Source: Spirochaetia bacterium
GTDB lineage: Bacteria > Spirochaetota > Spirochaetia > SP-2023
Assembly (NCBI GenBank): GCA_965225855.1
Contig: CBDDCK010000005.1
Coordinates: 992,001-1,056,000, forward strand
DNA: 64,000 nucleotides
Reading direction: 5' to 3'
Part shown: positions 42,947 through 52,441 of the stretch, in pieces
How the letters are laid out: the number at the start of each line of letters is the position of its first letter
How positions within the stretch are numbered: position 1 is the stretch's first letter
Made by a program: the position numbers and the translations under genes
The notes under the pieces: model-generated
The model's input: only the letters and a program-made list of their open reading frames with translations
Told to the model about the DNA's origin: nothing
The model's database searches: none

Positions 42947-44255
42947 GGCGTATTTTGCTATTGCCATTCCTTTTGTGGTTTCGACGGTTACGCAACCTTT
43001 TTTGGGGGCTGTGGATACAGCCGTTTTGGGGCATCTCGATGATGCTGTATTTATGGGTGGCGTTGCCATTGGTGCTGTTATTTTTAATACCTTGTACTGG
43101 CTTTTGGGCTTTTTACGGGTGAGCACTTCAGGATTTGCCGCACAATCGTTGGGGACTATGAAGCCCGAAGATGCCTTTTATGCTTTTTTGCGGCCTGCCT
43201 TGATTGCCATACTTTTGAGTTTGGCTTTTGTGATTTTGCAAGTACCGATTGAATTGGGGGCACAAACCGTTTTTAGTGCGGATATGCAAGTGTGGCATTG
43301 GGCTGAGACTTACTATGATATTTTGATTTGGGGTGCGCCTTTTGTGCTTATAGGCTATGTCAATTTGGGTTGGCTGATGGGCAGGAAGCTCATTCGCGAA
43401 ACGCTCATTTTACAAATATCTATGAATGTTTTGAACATTGTTTTAGACATTGTGCTGGTGGTCTATTTTGGTATGGGTGTCGAAGGTGTCGCCTATGCGA
43501 CTCTGTTTTCACAGGGTTTTGGGTTATTGCTTGGGTTGTACTTTATGGGTAAGCATTTGAATTTCATCAAAGATTTTCAAAAATATAATCACATTTTTGA
43601 AAGAAGTGCCTTCAAAAAAATTATGGGGGCAAATACAAATCTACTCATTAGAACAGTATGTTTGCTTTTAATGACCAATCTTTTTGTAGCCAAAGGGAGT
43701 AGTATGGGCAAAGAGATTTTAGCAGCGAATGCTATTTTGTTTCAATTGCAGTACATTATCGCTTATCTATACGATGGTTTGGCGAATGCTTCGAGTGTCT
43801 TTGCGGGTAAGGCCGTCGGTGAGAAAAGTTTGGATAATTATAATCAAACCCTTAAAATCTCTAATGTCTGTGCTTGGGGTTTGAATATCGTTTGCTTTGG
43901 GATTTTTTATTTTTTCTCAAGCGAATTAATTGCTGTTTTCACAGATATTCAAGCGGTTGTCGATGTTGCACTCAATTATAGTTTTTGGCTTTTGGCTTTC
44001 ATTATGGTTATAGGACACGGGTTGGTCTATGCGGGATTATATAATGGGGTGGTTTTGACAAGCCCTATTCGCGATGCGATGCTTATCTCTTTTGGGGTGT
44101 TTTTATTGGTCTATTATTTGGCGATACCTCTTTGGCAAAATCATGGACTCTGGTTGGCTTTTGTACTATTTAGCCTTAGCCGAACAATAATGTTATTGTT
44201 TTATCTAAAGCAAATAGAAATAAACATTTCTAAGAACGGAGCTTGTATATCGTAA
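42933..44255 (+). CDS. MATE family efflux transporter (DinF-like)
   Basis: PFLGAVDTAVLGHL, FLRVST, NIVLD..V..FGMGVEGVAYAT, NHGLWLAF; ~12 TM segments; overlaps nikE stop. Confidence 0.88.
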   Translation: MMTYRAYFAIAIPFVVSTVTQPFLGAVDTAVLGHLDDAVFMGGVAIGAVIFNTLYWLLGFLRVSTSGFAAQSLGTMKPEDAFYAFLRPALIAILLSLAFVILQVPIELGAQTVFSADMQVWHWAETYYDILIWGAPFVLIGYVNLGWLMGRKLIRETLILQISMNVLNIVLDIVLVVYFGMGVEGVAYATLFSQGFGLLLGLYFMGKHLNFIKDFQKYNHIFERSAFKKIMGANTNLLIRTVCLLLMTNLFVAKGSSMGKEILAANAILFQLQYIIAYLYDGLANASSVFAGKAVGEKSLDNYNQTLKISNVCAWGLNIVCFGIFYFFSSELIAVFTDIQAVVDVALNYSFWLLAFIMVIGHGLVYAGLYNGVVLTSPIRDAMLISFGVFLLVYYLAIPLWQNHGLWLAFVLFSLSRTIMLLFYLKQIEINISKNGACIS

Positions 44256-44633
44256 ACGACTTTGTCTAAGCCAACATATTCGGCAATGCTTGCCTTAAAG
44301 CTACTTTTCAAACCTTTATTTGTTCTAATTTGCCCCGCTAATCCCATAAATTCTTTAGCTAAGACTTCTGGGGTTGTAATGTTTTCGCCTAGCCATTCTT
44401 GTAGTTCACTTTTGAATAGTCCTGCTTTTGGTTGTTTGGTTAATAATTCTTTTATGTTTTGCTAAAGAGCTATCTACATTTTGGTTTTGTGTACCAGAAT
44501 TGTTAGTAATTTTATTCATCAAGCTATTTTTACTAAAAAAAGGCAGCCAATTATCATTTTGTCTTCCGTAAATTTTATCGTTGTTTTCTAAAAACTTTTG
44601 ATATTTTGCTTCATCGGTTTTGTTATATTCAAT

Positions 44634-45006
44634 GGGTCTAGACAAGATTAGAGAGGATTTTTGTCGCAGAATTTTTAACAAAACTTGGTATAAATCTGCG
44701 TCTTTGTGATTCCATCTAAACTCACACTCTTTCAAATGTAGATGAAAGGTTTCATCGCTTAGCCCGTTAAACTTGGCCAAACGTTCCAGAACGATTCTAT
44801 TCCGTTTAGCTGTAAATCGTCTAACCTTCTAAAACTTTGCCCTCTATTATCGGCAATAATTCTGCCTTACTACATTTATTTACGATATTTACATGAACTT
44901 TTCCTTCCCTTTTTAACAATCCAAATACAGGCGTCTTCCCCGCTGCGCCCCGACCCTTTTTACCACGAACCCTACGGGCACCAAAATAAGATTCATCTAC
45001 CTCTAC
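44634..45006 (-). mobile_element. IS1595-family remnant (internal and 3' transposase plus right end)
   Basis: EVDESYFGARRVRGKKGRGAAGKTPVFGLL; LAKFNG..FHLHLKECEFRWN; end sequence GGGTCTAGACAAGATTA. Confidence 0.85.
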
Positions 45007-45208
45007 TTACATGAGTCAACGCAGCAGTTTAGATTTTCTGCCCAAAGAGTTGCAAGAATTGATACAGCGACTTTGGGGCGAAGGGGCTACTATTACAAGG
45101 GTATTTTTGGCATAGATGCAACGCAAGCAATTTTAGATGTACTTAGTGAGATAAAAAGTAGGCAAAAATGTTCGGTAGCTTATCCGCTAGCGATAAACAA
45201 GCGCAATA

Positions 45209-45438
45209 GATCAAGGCCTTGATCCAAGGCGGAAAGCTGTATTATAGCAAGGCCGATCAATAGATTGATCCAAGGCGGAAAGCTATATTATAGCAAGGCC
45301 GATCAATAGATTGATCGAATGCGGAAAGTTATATTATAGCAAGTTGGATCAAGGCCTTGATCCAGTGCGGAAAGTTATATTATAGCAAGGTGGATCAAGA
45401 CCTTGATCCAAGGCGGAAAGCTATATTATAGCAAGGCA
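45209..45438. repeat. 46-bp palindromic tandem array, 5 copies (locus 1)
   Basis: Unit GATCAAGGCCTTGATCCAAGGCGGAAAGCTRTATTATAGCAAGGCC with point variants. Confidence 0.95.
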
Positions 45439-45449
45439 CTAACAACCAT

Positions 45450-45481
45450 AAAAAAGCCAGCCATATAGATAAAGCTGGCTT
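45450..45481 (-). terminator. probable intrinsic terminator of the HU-like gene
   Basis: AAGCCAGC...GCTGGCTT stem followed by a T run on the minus strand. Confidence 0.5.
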
Positions 45482-45505
45482 GATATAATATAGCTTTATA
45501 GCCTA

Positions 45506-46231
45506 TTATGTTACGCTAAATTGTAGTGAAAGTAAGGCTTGCTTTTCTTTGGTAGATTGGATGCTTCCAGAGTAATAGGTCTTTAAGATAACGCTATATT
45601 CGCCCGCTGCAATATCGGGAAAGATAAATTGAAGTTCCTTAGGTAGATTGGTAGAAAAGCTGTTTATTAAGACTGTATTGCCAGTAGTTACGTGGCTTAG
45701 CTCCAGCCCTGCGTTGGTGCCGGCTACTTTTAGATTTTCTCCATTTAATATAATCAGTTGGTTTTGTTGTACCGCTAGCTTTTTGTTATCATTCCAGTTG
45801 GTATTGGTGCTAAAGTTCTTGGCATTGGTAAGGCTGGCATTAAACTTAGGCTTAGGTTCAGCGTTGACCTTAACGGCTTGTGCATAGTCTTGCCAATCGC
45901 GTTCTAATCGGGCGTGAATATTTACTTCGTTGCGTCCTTTTTTAAAGGTATCATTCAAGCTATCAAAACTGCCGGTAATAGAAAAATAGGTTTCAAAAAA
46001 GCCGTTGCTATGGGCTTGGCCTTTGGCGGTAAGTTCCTTGCCAACCTTTTTTATGCGGCTACTTAAAGCAATAAAGCTGGCTTTTTCTTCCTCGCTAAAA
46101 TTGGCTTGCTCCATAATGTCTTCTAAACTTTGGTATACCACCTCGCCGGGGCGCGCATAAAAGCTATCACGTCCTCCTATTTTGCTTGGGGCGATATAAA
46201 CATTCAAAATATCATCGCTAATTTTGGGCAT
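45506..46231 (-). CDS. HU-like DNA-binding domain plus C-terminal Ig-like (DUF4469-like) protein
   Basis: GFF..YFSITGSF..D.F helical-plus-beta N-half; C-half LIILNGENLKV..N.PKEL.FIFP..AAGEY.V..KTYYSG; start MPKI after RBS AGGAG. Confidence 0.6.
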   Translation of the reverse strand: MPKISDDILNVYIAPSKIGGRDSFYARPGEVVYQSLEDIMEQANFSEEEKASFIALSSRIKKVGKELTAKGQAHSNGFFETYFSITGSFDSLNDTFKKGRNEVNIHARLERDWQDYAQAVKVNAEPKPKFNASLTNAKNFSTNTNWNDNKKLAVQQNQLIILNGENLKVAGTNAGLELSHVTTGNTVLINSFSTNLPKELQFIFPDIAAGEYSVILKTYYSGSIQSTKEKQALLSLQFSVT

Positions 46232-46480
46232 TGGCTGGCTCCTATACCATAAAGTTGTAGATGTTGCTACCATATCATGGCTAACCATATTATGGCTATT
46301 GGGGCAGCGAATGGCAACCGTTTATCGCTGAAAACCGAATATAATGCAAGTTTCTATTATTTGTAATTGGTACATCAAGCCAATATAGCCAAAACTATTG
46401 ATCATTGCATGGAAACAACCAAAGGCTGAAACAGCCAAAGGCCCAAATACAAACAAAGGCCAACACCCTCAAGCCTTTTG

Positions 46481-46685
46481 ATTGGCATGGATTTTGAACC
46501 ACCTTACAACACAAAACAACACTAACACACAAAAAAAGTGCCAACACAAAACAACACTAAACATAAAAAAACTTGTAAAAAAGCTTATATGGGCCTTGAC
46601 GCAACACCCCCCCTAGCAAAATAGGGATTTACAGACTAGCCCGTATGGGTTAGCCAATCTTTATCCCTTGTTGGAGGTATTGCTT
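46481..46685 (+). promoter_or_regulatory. conserved upstream region of lipoprotein paralog 2
   Basis: Homologous to 35398-35599, including TTGACG-CAACA-C7-TAG-CAAAAT. Confidence 0.6.
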
Positions 46686-48515
46686 ATGTATAAGCTCAAA
46701 CTATTTTTATGGCCTGTAGCACTGCTACTGGCCTTTATGGCCTTGGCCTGCGCCCCACCCGATGACGATGATGGGCCATCTTCTGGGCCGACTATCAATA
46801 ACGCCATCTACGACTTTGCTACGGCACTGTTAACCGTACAAGGCACTAACTTAAGTCCTACAGAAGCGCAAATCCAAACCATCGTGGTAGATGGCCTAGC
46901 CTTCAGTTCCTATTCTGCAGATGCTAAACCCACTGGGCCAGATAGTAGCGGTCTTGCAGAAGGTAAGTACCGCCTGAAAACCGATGGCACAGAGCTTTGG
47001 CTTAGACTTACCGATGACGATAAAACTACTCTTGAGTCCAAGGTGGGTAGCAATGGTCTAAAAAAAGGGTTGCTTACTAGCACTGGTAGTTGGGCGGGTT
47101 TAGATACAGCCAAAGACTTAACCTATATACCCGATAAGCCATCTAAGCAAGCCGAACAAACCGAACAAGCTGAAGAAGAGTCGCCTAAGCAACCTAAAGA
47201 CGAACAAGCCGAACAAACCGAACAAGCTGAACAAGCCGAACAAACCGAACAAGCTGAACAAGCTGAACAAGCTGAACAAGCCGAACAAGCCGAACAAGCC
47301 GAACAAACCGAACAAGCTGAACAAGCTGAACAAGCTGAACAAGCCGAACAAGCCGAACAAGCCGAACAAACCGAACAAGCTGAACAAGCTGAACAAGCTG
47401 AACAAGCCGAACAAGCCGAACAAGCCGCAATTACCGGTGCAAGCTACCATGTTGGCACGGCGCTGTTAACTTTACAAGGTTCTAACTTAAGTCCTACAAC
47501 TGCGACCCAAGCCCAAATCCAAACTATCAGGGTAGCTGGCTTAGCCTTCAGTGCCTATAATGCAGATGGCACAGCCACTGGGGCAGATAGTCGTGGTCTT
47601 GCAAAAGGTAAGTACCGTATGAAAAGCGATGGCACAGCGCTTTGGCTTTACCTTACCGATCAACATAAAGCTGCTCTGAATGGCAAGACAGGTATGGATA
47701 GCAATGGTCTAAAAGATGGGTTGCTTACTGGTGCTTGGGCGGGTTTAAATACAGCCAAAGGCTTGGCCGTTAGTGGAAACCCCGCAATTACCCGTGCAAG
47801 CTACAATTTTGCTACAGGCGTGTTAGTGATTACAGGTGTCAATTTACCGTCAACAGTGAATCGCTGGGACTTCAGCAAATTGAGGTTTGTCGCAGGTAAT
47901 GGTGAGAAGAGTAAACCATTATTACCGCACGACCCAGCTTCAACTAGACACTTTGCCAAAGGTTCTCGTGCAAGTGCAACAAGCTTAACGATTACTTTAA
48001 AGGGTACTGAATACGATAAAGCCATAGATATATTGGTTAAGAATGGTGAAAGTGATGATGATGGTGCATACAACCTGGAAGCAGCAGCAGGATTTGCAGG
48101 TGGTAGGGCAGAAGACACAAGCAATAACCCTATTACCGTTAGTGGGTATGTAACCAAACTCACCTTAGTAGTCTACTTTGTTAATAGAGGCGTGTTAGTG
48201 ATTACAGGTAATAATTTACCGTCAACATTTGCAGAGTGGGACTTTAGCAAATTGACGCTTGTATCCGGTGATGGTAAGAAGAAATACACATTACCCCGGC
48301 ACTCAACTTTAGGCGAAAACAGAGCCACAGGTTCTTTTGCAAGTGCAACAAGCTTAAATATTACTTTAAGCGGTAGTGTAAAAGCGGAAGTCAATAAGAT
48401 ACTGGTTAAGGTTGGTTTTAATGATGATAATGGTGCATACAACCTTGAAGCAGCAGCAGGATTTGTACTTGGTAGTCCAGAAGACTTAACAACTATAGTT
48501 GGGAAAAGTTTGTAA
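46686..48515 (+). CDS. surface lipoprotein with repeated beta-rich domains and (A/T)EQ linker, paralog 2
   Basis: FMALAC lipobox; same A-linker-A-B-B architecture as 35600-37405. Confidence 0.8.
   Translation: MYKLKLFLWPVALLLAFMALACAPPDDDDGPSSGPTINNAIYDFATALLTVQGTNLSPTEAQIQTIVVDGLAFSSYSADAKPTGPDSSGLAEGKYRLKTDGTELWLRLTDDDKTTLESKVGSNGLKKGLLTSTGSWAGLDTAKDLTYIPDKPSKQAEQTEQAEEESPKQPKDEQAEQTEQAEQAEQTEQAEQAEQAEQAEQAEQAEQTEQAEQAEQAEQAEQAEQAEQTEQAEQAEQAEQAEQAEQAAITGASYHVGTALLTLQGSNLSPTTATQAQIQTIRVAGLAFSAYNADGTATGADSRGLAKGKYRMKSDGTALWLYLTDQHKAALNGKTGMDSNGLKDGLLTGAWAGLNTAKGLAVSGNPAITRASYNFATGVLVITGVNLPSTVNRWDFSKLRFVAGNGEKSKPLLPHDPASTRHFAKGSRASATSLTITLKGTEYDKAIDILVKNGESDDDGAYNLEAAAGFAGGRAEDTSNNPITVSGYVTKLTLVVYFVNRGVLVITGNNLPSTFAEWDFSKLTLVSGDGKKKYTLPRHSTLGENRATGSFASATSLNITLSGSVKAEVNKILVKVGFNDDNGAYNLEAAAGFVLGSPEDLTTIVGKSL
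47208..47423 (+). repeat. 9-bp coding tandem repeat, 24 copies
   Basis: (GCC/GCT/ACC)GAACAA units with higher-order 63-bp periodicity. Confidence 0.95.
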
Positions 48516-48549
48516 AAGTTTGTACTAGGGTGTTGTTGCTGTAAGCAAT

Positions 48550-48758
48550 GCTTGGTTGTTTCAGCCTTGGTAAATACGGGAAGCCAATATAGCCAAAGGC
48601 TGGAACAACCAAGCTAAAAAGAACAAAAAGTTTGGAAGCCGAATTACAGGCTTTAGACGGCTAGCAGCGGTGCTGTAAGGTGGTTATGAGTGCAGTACAG
48701 CACCGCTGCTAGAGTTTAGATAGTTACCCAGATTTGATAGTCTGGGTAACTATCTAAA
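48550..48758. repeat. three consecutive long inverted repeats
   Basis: 48550-48614 (19-bp stem, 1 mismatch), 48661-48712 (17-bp perfect), 48715-48758 (18-bp perfect). Confidence 0.9.
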
Positions 48759-48945
48759 AAGTAAGTAAATTTGCACGCAATAGTCGTTTTATTGTTACAG
48801 TTGTGGCAAAAGGCTTTGGCCAAATCAATCGGCCATACATACCACAATAGCCGAAATGCCAAAGCACCAAAATATAAGAGCAGAAGTAAAACTACTAGAG
48901 GACTTGCTGCCAGCGCAGTGGAATATAGATAGTCGTTATGAATCG

Positions 48946-50342
48946 TTATGAATTGGTTGATTCAAAAGGGCAACCGGTTGCCCTTTTGAAATGTTGTACC
49001 GGCACAACATTTGGTGGCAAGAGAACAACAATTGCAAATTGTGTCAAGTGGTACTTCAAGTAGCTATTGGGTAAATACCCATTCTGGAAAGTAGAAAAAA
49101 ATCGAGTTATCACGTCCGATGGCACAAAGTTATCGCGTCCTGCATCAGTTTGCCTCTTATCAATCGTAAAATCATTTTGGAAAGAATATTCACTTACCAC
49201 CGCAATTTTACTGCGCTTCGCATAGTCCTGTTTTCTTGCATATGATTTACTAAGATTGTTCTGCTTAGCGCTAATTATACCATTTTTGATTATTGAGTTA
49301 TTTTGAAAATTTATAACTCTCTTTAAATTATTAAAAAATATATCGATTACCTTTTTTTCCGGTATAATCGTATTGAGATCGTTATTGGTTATCACATAAC
49401 CGGCCATTTCATATTTACCGCTTTCCACATCCAGTATTTTAGCCGTAGAAAAAATATACAGATACTTTCCAGCAGAATTCACGAATGCAGATATACTAAA
49501 TACAAAAATTTTATCTATACCCAGCAAACTGGCCAAAAAAATTTAGCTCATCTTCTCGAACATATGTTTGGGAAAATTCTTGTTCTTTAAATAGAGGGAC
49601 TATGCCATTACGTTCCATTATACGATAGCCAGTAGCAACTAAACCCGTATTAAGAAATTGGATAATATTATTGTTCTGCTTGCGTAAATTATCAGATAGC
49701 TGTATTTCAAGCCAGAGCAATTTTATTCTGCTTGGCAACTAAATTCTCAATTATAATTTTTGATTGGCCAGATTCCAAAGCTACCGTAAGTTCCTTTGTC
49801 TCTTTAATGGGATATGTTTTACGGATTTGTACAAAATAATTTTGTATTGCAGAAATTAGGCCCTTAAAAAATCACTATTTTTTACTAAAACGTCTTCTAC
49901 CACCAAATATTCACCCGTGGCTACATCAATTATTTTTCCCAGAAACTGGATGGTATAATCTTTAGAGCAATTGCGTTTAGCTTCATTTGCAATAGATAAA
50001 GTTCCTAAAAAGATTTACTCGACACCATTTAATTTTGCCAGCGCCGGAATATCTTCCTCTTTTACATAACTTTGCGAAAATTCTTGCTCTTATATCAGAG
50101 TCTTAAGCGCACTTCTTTCTTGAACTTGATAGCTAAGAGCCAATAATTCTGTACTAACAATATCGGTTAAATACGCACTCTTAATTTTTGGTAGAGAGCA
50201 CCCAGTACGATCATTTATTTTGAGCTTAGCAACAGCTATTTTATTTTGTTCTGGTACTAAACGACCTATAGGTTGATAAGCAAATAGATTCAATTGCAAA
50301 AAAGATAAACAGTAGAAATACATGTATAGATAGAAATCTCAT
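48946..50342 (-). pseudogene. exported protein with two CsgG/TolB-N-like domains, fragmented
   Basis: Two related units (Y.V.ER..L..L..EQEFSQ.YV.E...LA.L.G...KI.DV..G.Y) broken by several stops and frameshifts. Confidence 0.65.
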
Positions 50343-50360
50343 AACATTTTTCCTTGATAA

Positions 50361-50426
50361 AAGAATTTGTATCAAATTTTACTAAAAATTCTGCGTCAAA
50401 ATCCTCTATAATCTTTATCCAGACCC
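50361..50426 (+). mobile_element. IS1595-family right-end remnant
   Basis: Similar to the reverse complement of 44634-44700, ending ATCTTTATCCAGACCC. Confidence 0.7.
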
Positions 50427-50440
50427 TAAACGATTTTTAA

Positions 50441-51229
50441 CTACCAAACTAATCGTACACGACCTTTATAACTACGGCCTCTTAGGGCTTGTTCTATATC
50501 GCGGTAAACATCTGCAAGGCGGCCGCAACCATAGTCGGCTAAGGCTCGTAGATAACGGCTGTTTACTTCATGGAAATAACTGCGGGTGCTGTCCATATCA
50601 TTTTCTTCCATAGAAACATTGGCCAAAGCAATCAACACTACATTGCGTTGTATTTCATCTAGTTCGTTATTAGGGCTACTACTGCGTGATAAGAAGCGTT
50701 TTCCCGCATATTGAATATCTTTGGTTAAATCTTCATAAGTGGTTGGCACAAACCAAGTAGAGCGAACATAGAGAAACAAAACGTCCAGATTATCTGGATA
50801 TTCCCGCAGCAATACATCTAAGTAGCGCAACCCCTTGCGGGTCGCATACTCTTTATCACGCAAATCGTTTTCTGTTTCAGCCAAACCCATATAGAACCAA
50901 CCGAGCATGGCTTCAAAAATAGCCAGTTCACGGCGGCCGGCCTCTGTTCGCACACGGGAACGGGCCTCATCGTAGACAGCTTCCATCGTTTCAATGGCAT
51001 TTTCAACACCATCGTCATCGCGGCGGCCAATCGAACGAATAAAAAACCCAAGTGCAGCCTTATAGCGTTCTGCTGACGAGCCAGTATTCAAGTCATGAAC
51101 CGAAGCTCGGCGGTCAAACTGCCAGCTTTCCGAACGGAAACGCTCTTGGGCGCGAAGTTCGGTAGGAAACTGGGTTATCGCTGATAACCACGCAACTATA
51201 GCTAAATAAGTTGTGAATTGAGTTTTCAT
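50441..51229 (-). CDS. hypothetical secreted helical protein
   Basis: RBS GGAGG; signal-peptide-like N-terminus; 262-aa intact ORF. Confidence 0.7.
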   Translation of the reverse strand: MKTQFTTYLAIVAWLSAITQFPTELRAQERFRSESWQFDRRASVHDLNTGSSAERYKAALGFFIRSIGRRDDDGVENAIETMEAVYDEARSRVRTEAGRRELAIFEAMLGWFYMGLAETENDLRDKEYATRKGLRYLDVLLREYPDNLDVLFLYVRSTWFVPTTYEDLTKDIQYAGKRFLSRSSSPNNELDEIQRNVVLIALANVSMEENDMDSTRSYFHEVNSRYLRALADYGCGRLADVYRDIEQALRGRSYKGRVRLVW

Positions 51230-51253
51230 GTTTACAGAACCTCCAATAAATTT

Positions 51254-52168
51254 TTACTGGGATAATTGCCATAAAAAAGCTAAGCCATTATTTTGCAAAT
51301 GGACTAACATGGCAAAAGCTAGGTTGCCCGTGCGCCAGCGAATCCAGCCTAAGTAAAAGGCCAAAGGTAATAAAGATATAATTTCGATGGGGCTGGCATG
51401 GGAAAAAGCAAAGATTAAACTGCTTATCACAAAGGCATTAAACGTTCCCCAGTACCTAGCTAGCAGGGCAAAACCTCTACCACGATATACCAGTTCTTCA
51501 AAAATAACTGGAAAGATAACTACTATTAAGAATACTTCTAAATTAGAATAATTGGCAAAAATTTGGCTAACTTCATCTATTTGAAATGTAGGTAAATTGG
51601 GAAACAAATGAGTTAATAACAAAATCAAAATATTGCTACAGAGGAGAAACAACATTCCCAAAATTAATGAGAGCCAAAACCAAAACAACGAGCTGCGTTT
51701 TTTGCCAAAAAATACCATTGGTTCACAACCAGGCTGACCAAAAAATGTACGGTTAGGAATAAAAAAATTTCCACATCGCATACGAATTTTAGATAAGGGT
51801 AGGCATGATTTTGGGGGGGCCTTATACCTATCTAAGAGCAAGCTCAATGCAAAACCAATAGGGGCGGCCAATAAAATGTCCCCTGATGCCAAAAATTGTT
51901 GCTGTGAGTGTTGCCCAAAATATTTCCATAATTGGAATAAGAAAATACTGATGAGTGGCCCTAGCAATAAAAAACATACAACACTTTGGAGCATATAAAT
52001 AAGTAAACTTTTACCCTTAGCGAGTTTAGAACATTTGCGATAATCGAGAACAGTTTGGCTCTCCGTTTTTTGTTGTTTTTGAGTAAGGCCTAAGTTTATG
52101 CTACATCGCTCATTCATTTGTTTAATAATCTCATATAGAAAGCATAGTTTTATCATAATGTTGTTCAA
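51254..52168 (-). CDS. CPBP family intramembrane metalloprotease
   Basis: EELVYRG, FAFSH and HLQNN motifs; start uncertain. Confidence 0.85.
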   Translation of the reverse strand: MNNIMIKLCFLYEIIKQMNERCSINLGLTQKQQKTESQTVLDYRKCSKLAKGKSLLIYMLQSVVCFLLLGPLISIFLFQLWKYFGQHSQQQFLASGDILLAAPIGFALSLLLDRYKAPPKSCLPLSKIRMRCGNFFIPNRTFFGQPGCEPMVFFGKKRSSLFWFWLSLILGMLFLLCSNILILLLTHLFPNLPTFQIDEVSQIFANYSNLEVFLIVVIFPVIFEELVYRGRGFALLARYWGTFNAFVISSLIFAFSHASPIEIISLLPLAFYLGWIRWRTGNLAFAMLVHLQNNGLAFLWQLSQ

Positions 52169-52441
52169 TTCGTGTCAAATTCAGCCAGTGCCAAATAATT
52201 GAGAATGCACTTTGAAAATACCTAAATCAAAAAACGGTAGATTTTAAATAGATTTCTAAAATTATGGCAGCCTTTTTTGTAGATAGTTCTTTTAAAAAGT
52301 GAAACTATCCAATCGTAAAGTTACAAAATATTGTAGCCAATATTCAAATTAGACATAATGTTTTAGTGGCGACACTATTTCCGTATTCTGTCAAGTTTCG
52401 CTATTATGCTCCCACTTAATATTTGTAATTTAGGAGAGACT

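Noticed and set aside
44406..44780. 124-aa ORF as a real gene
   Set aside because: Chimera of the IS1595 transposase C-terminus reading through its end into an unrelated fragment
47118..47450. Minus-strand LFG/LVR repeat ORFs
   Set aside because: Antisense shadows of the 9-bp AEQ repeat
35600..48515. Diversity-generating retroelement acting on the lipoproteins
   Set aside because: No reverse transcriptase or template repeat in the window, and the differences are not adenine-specific
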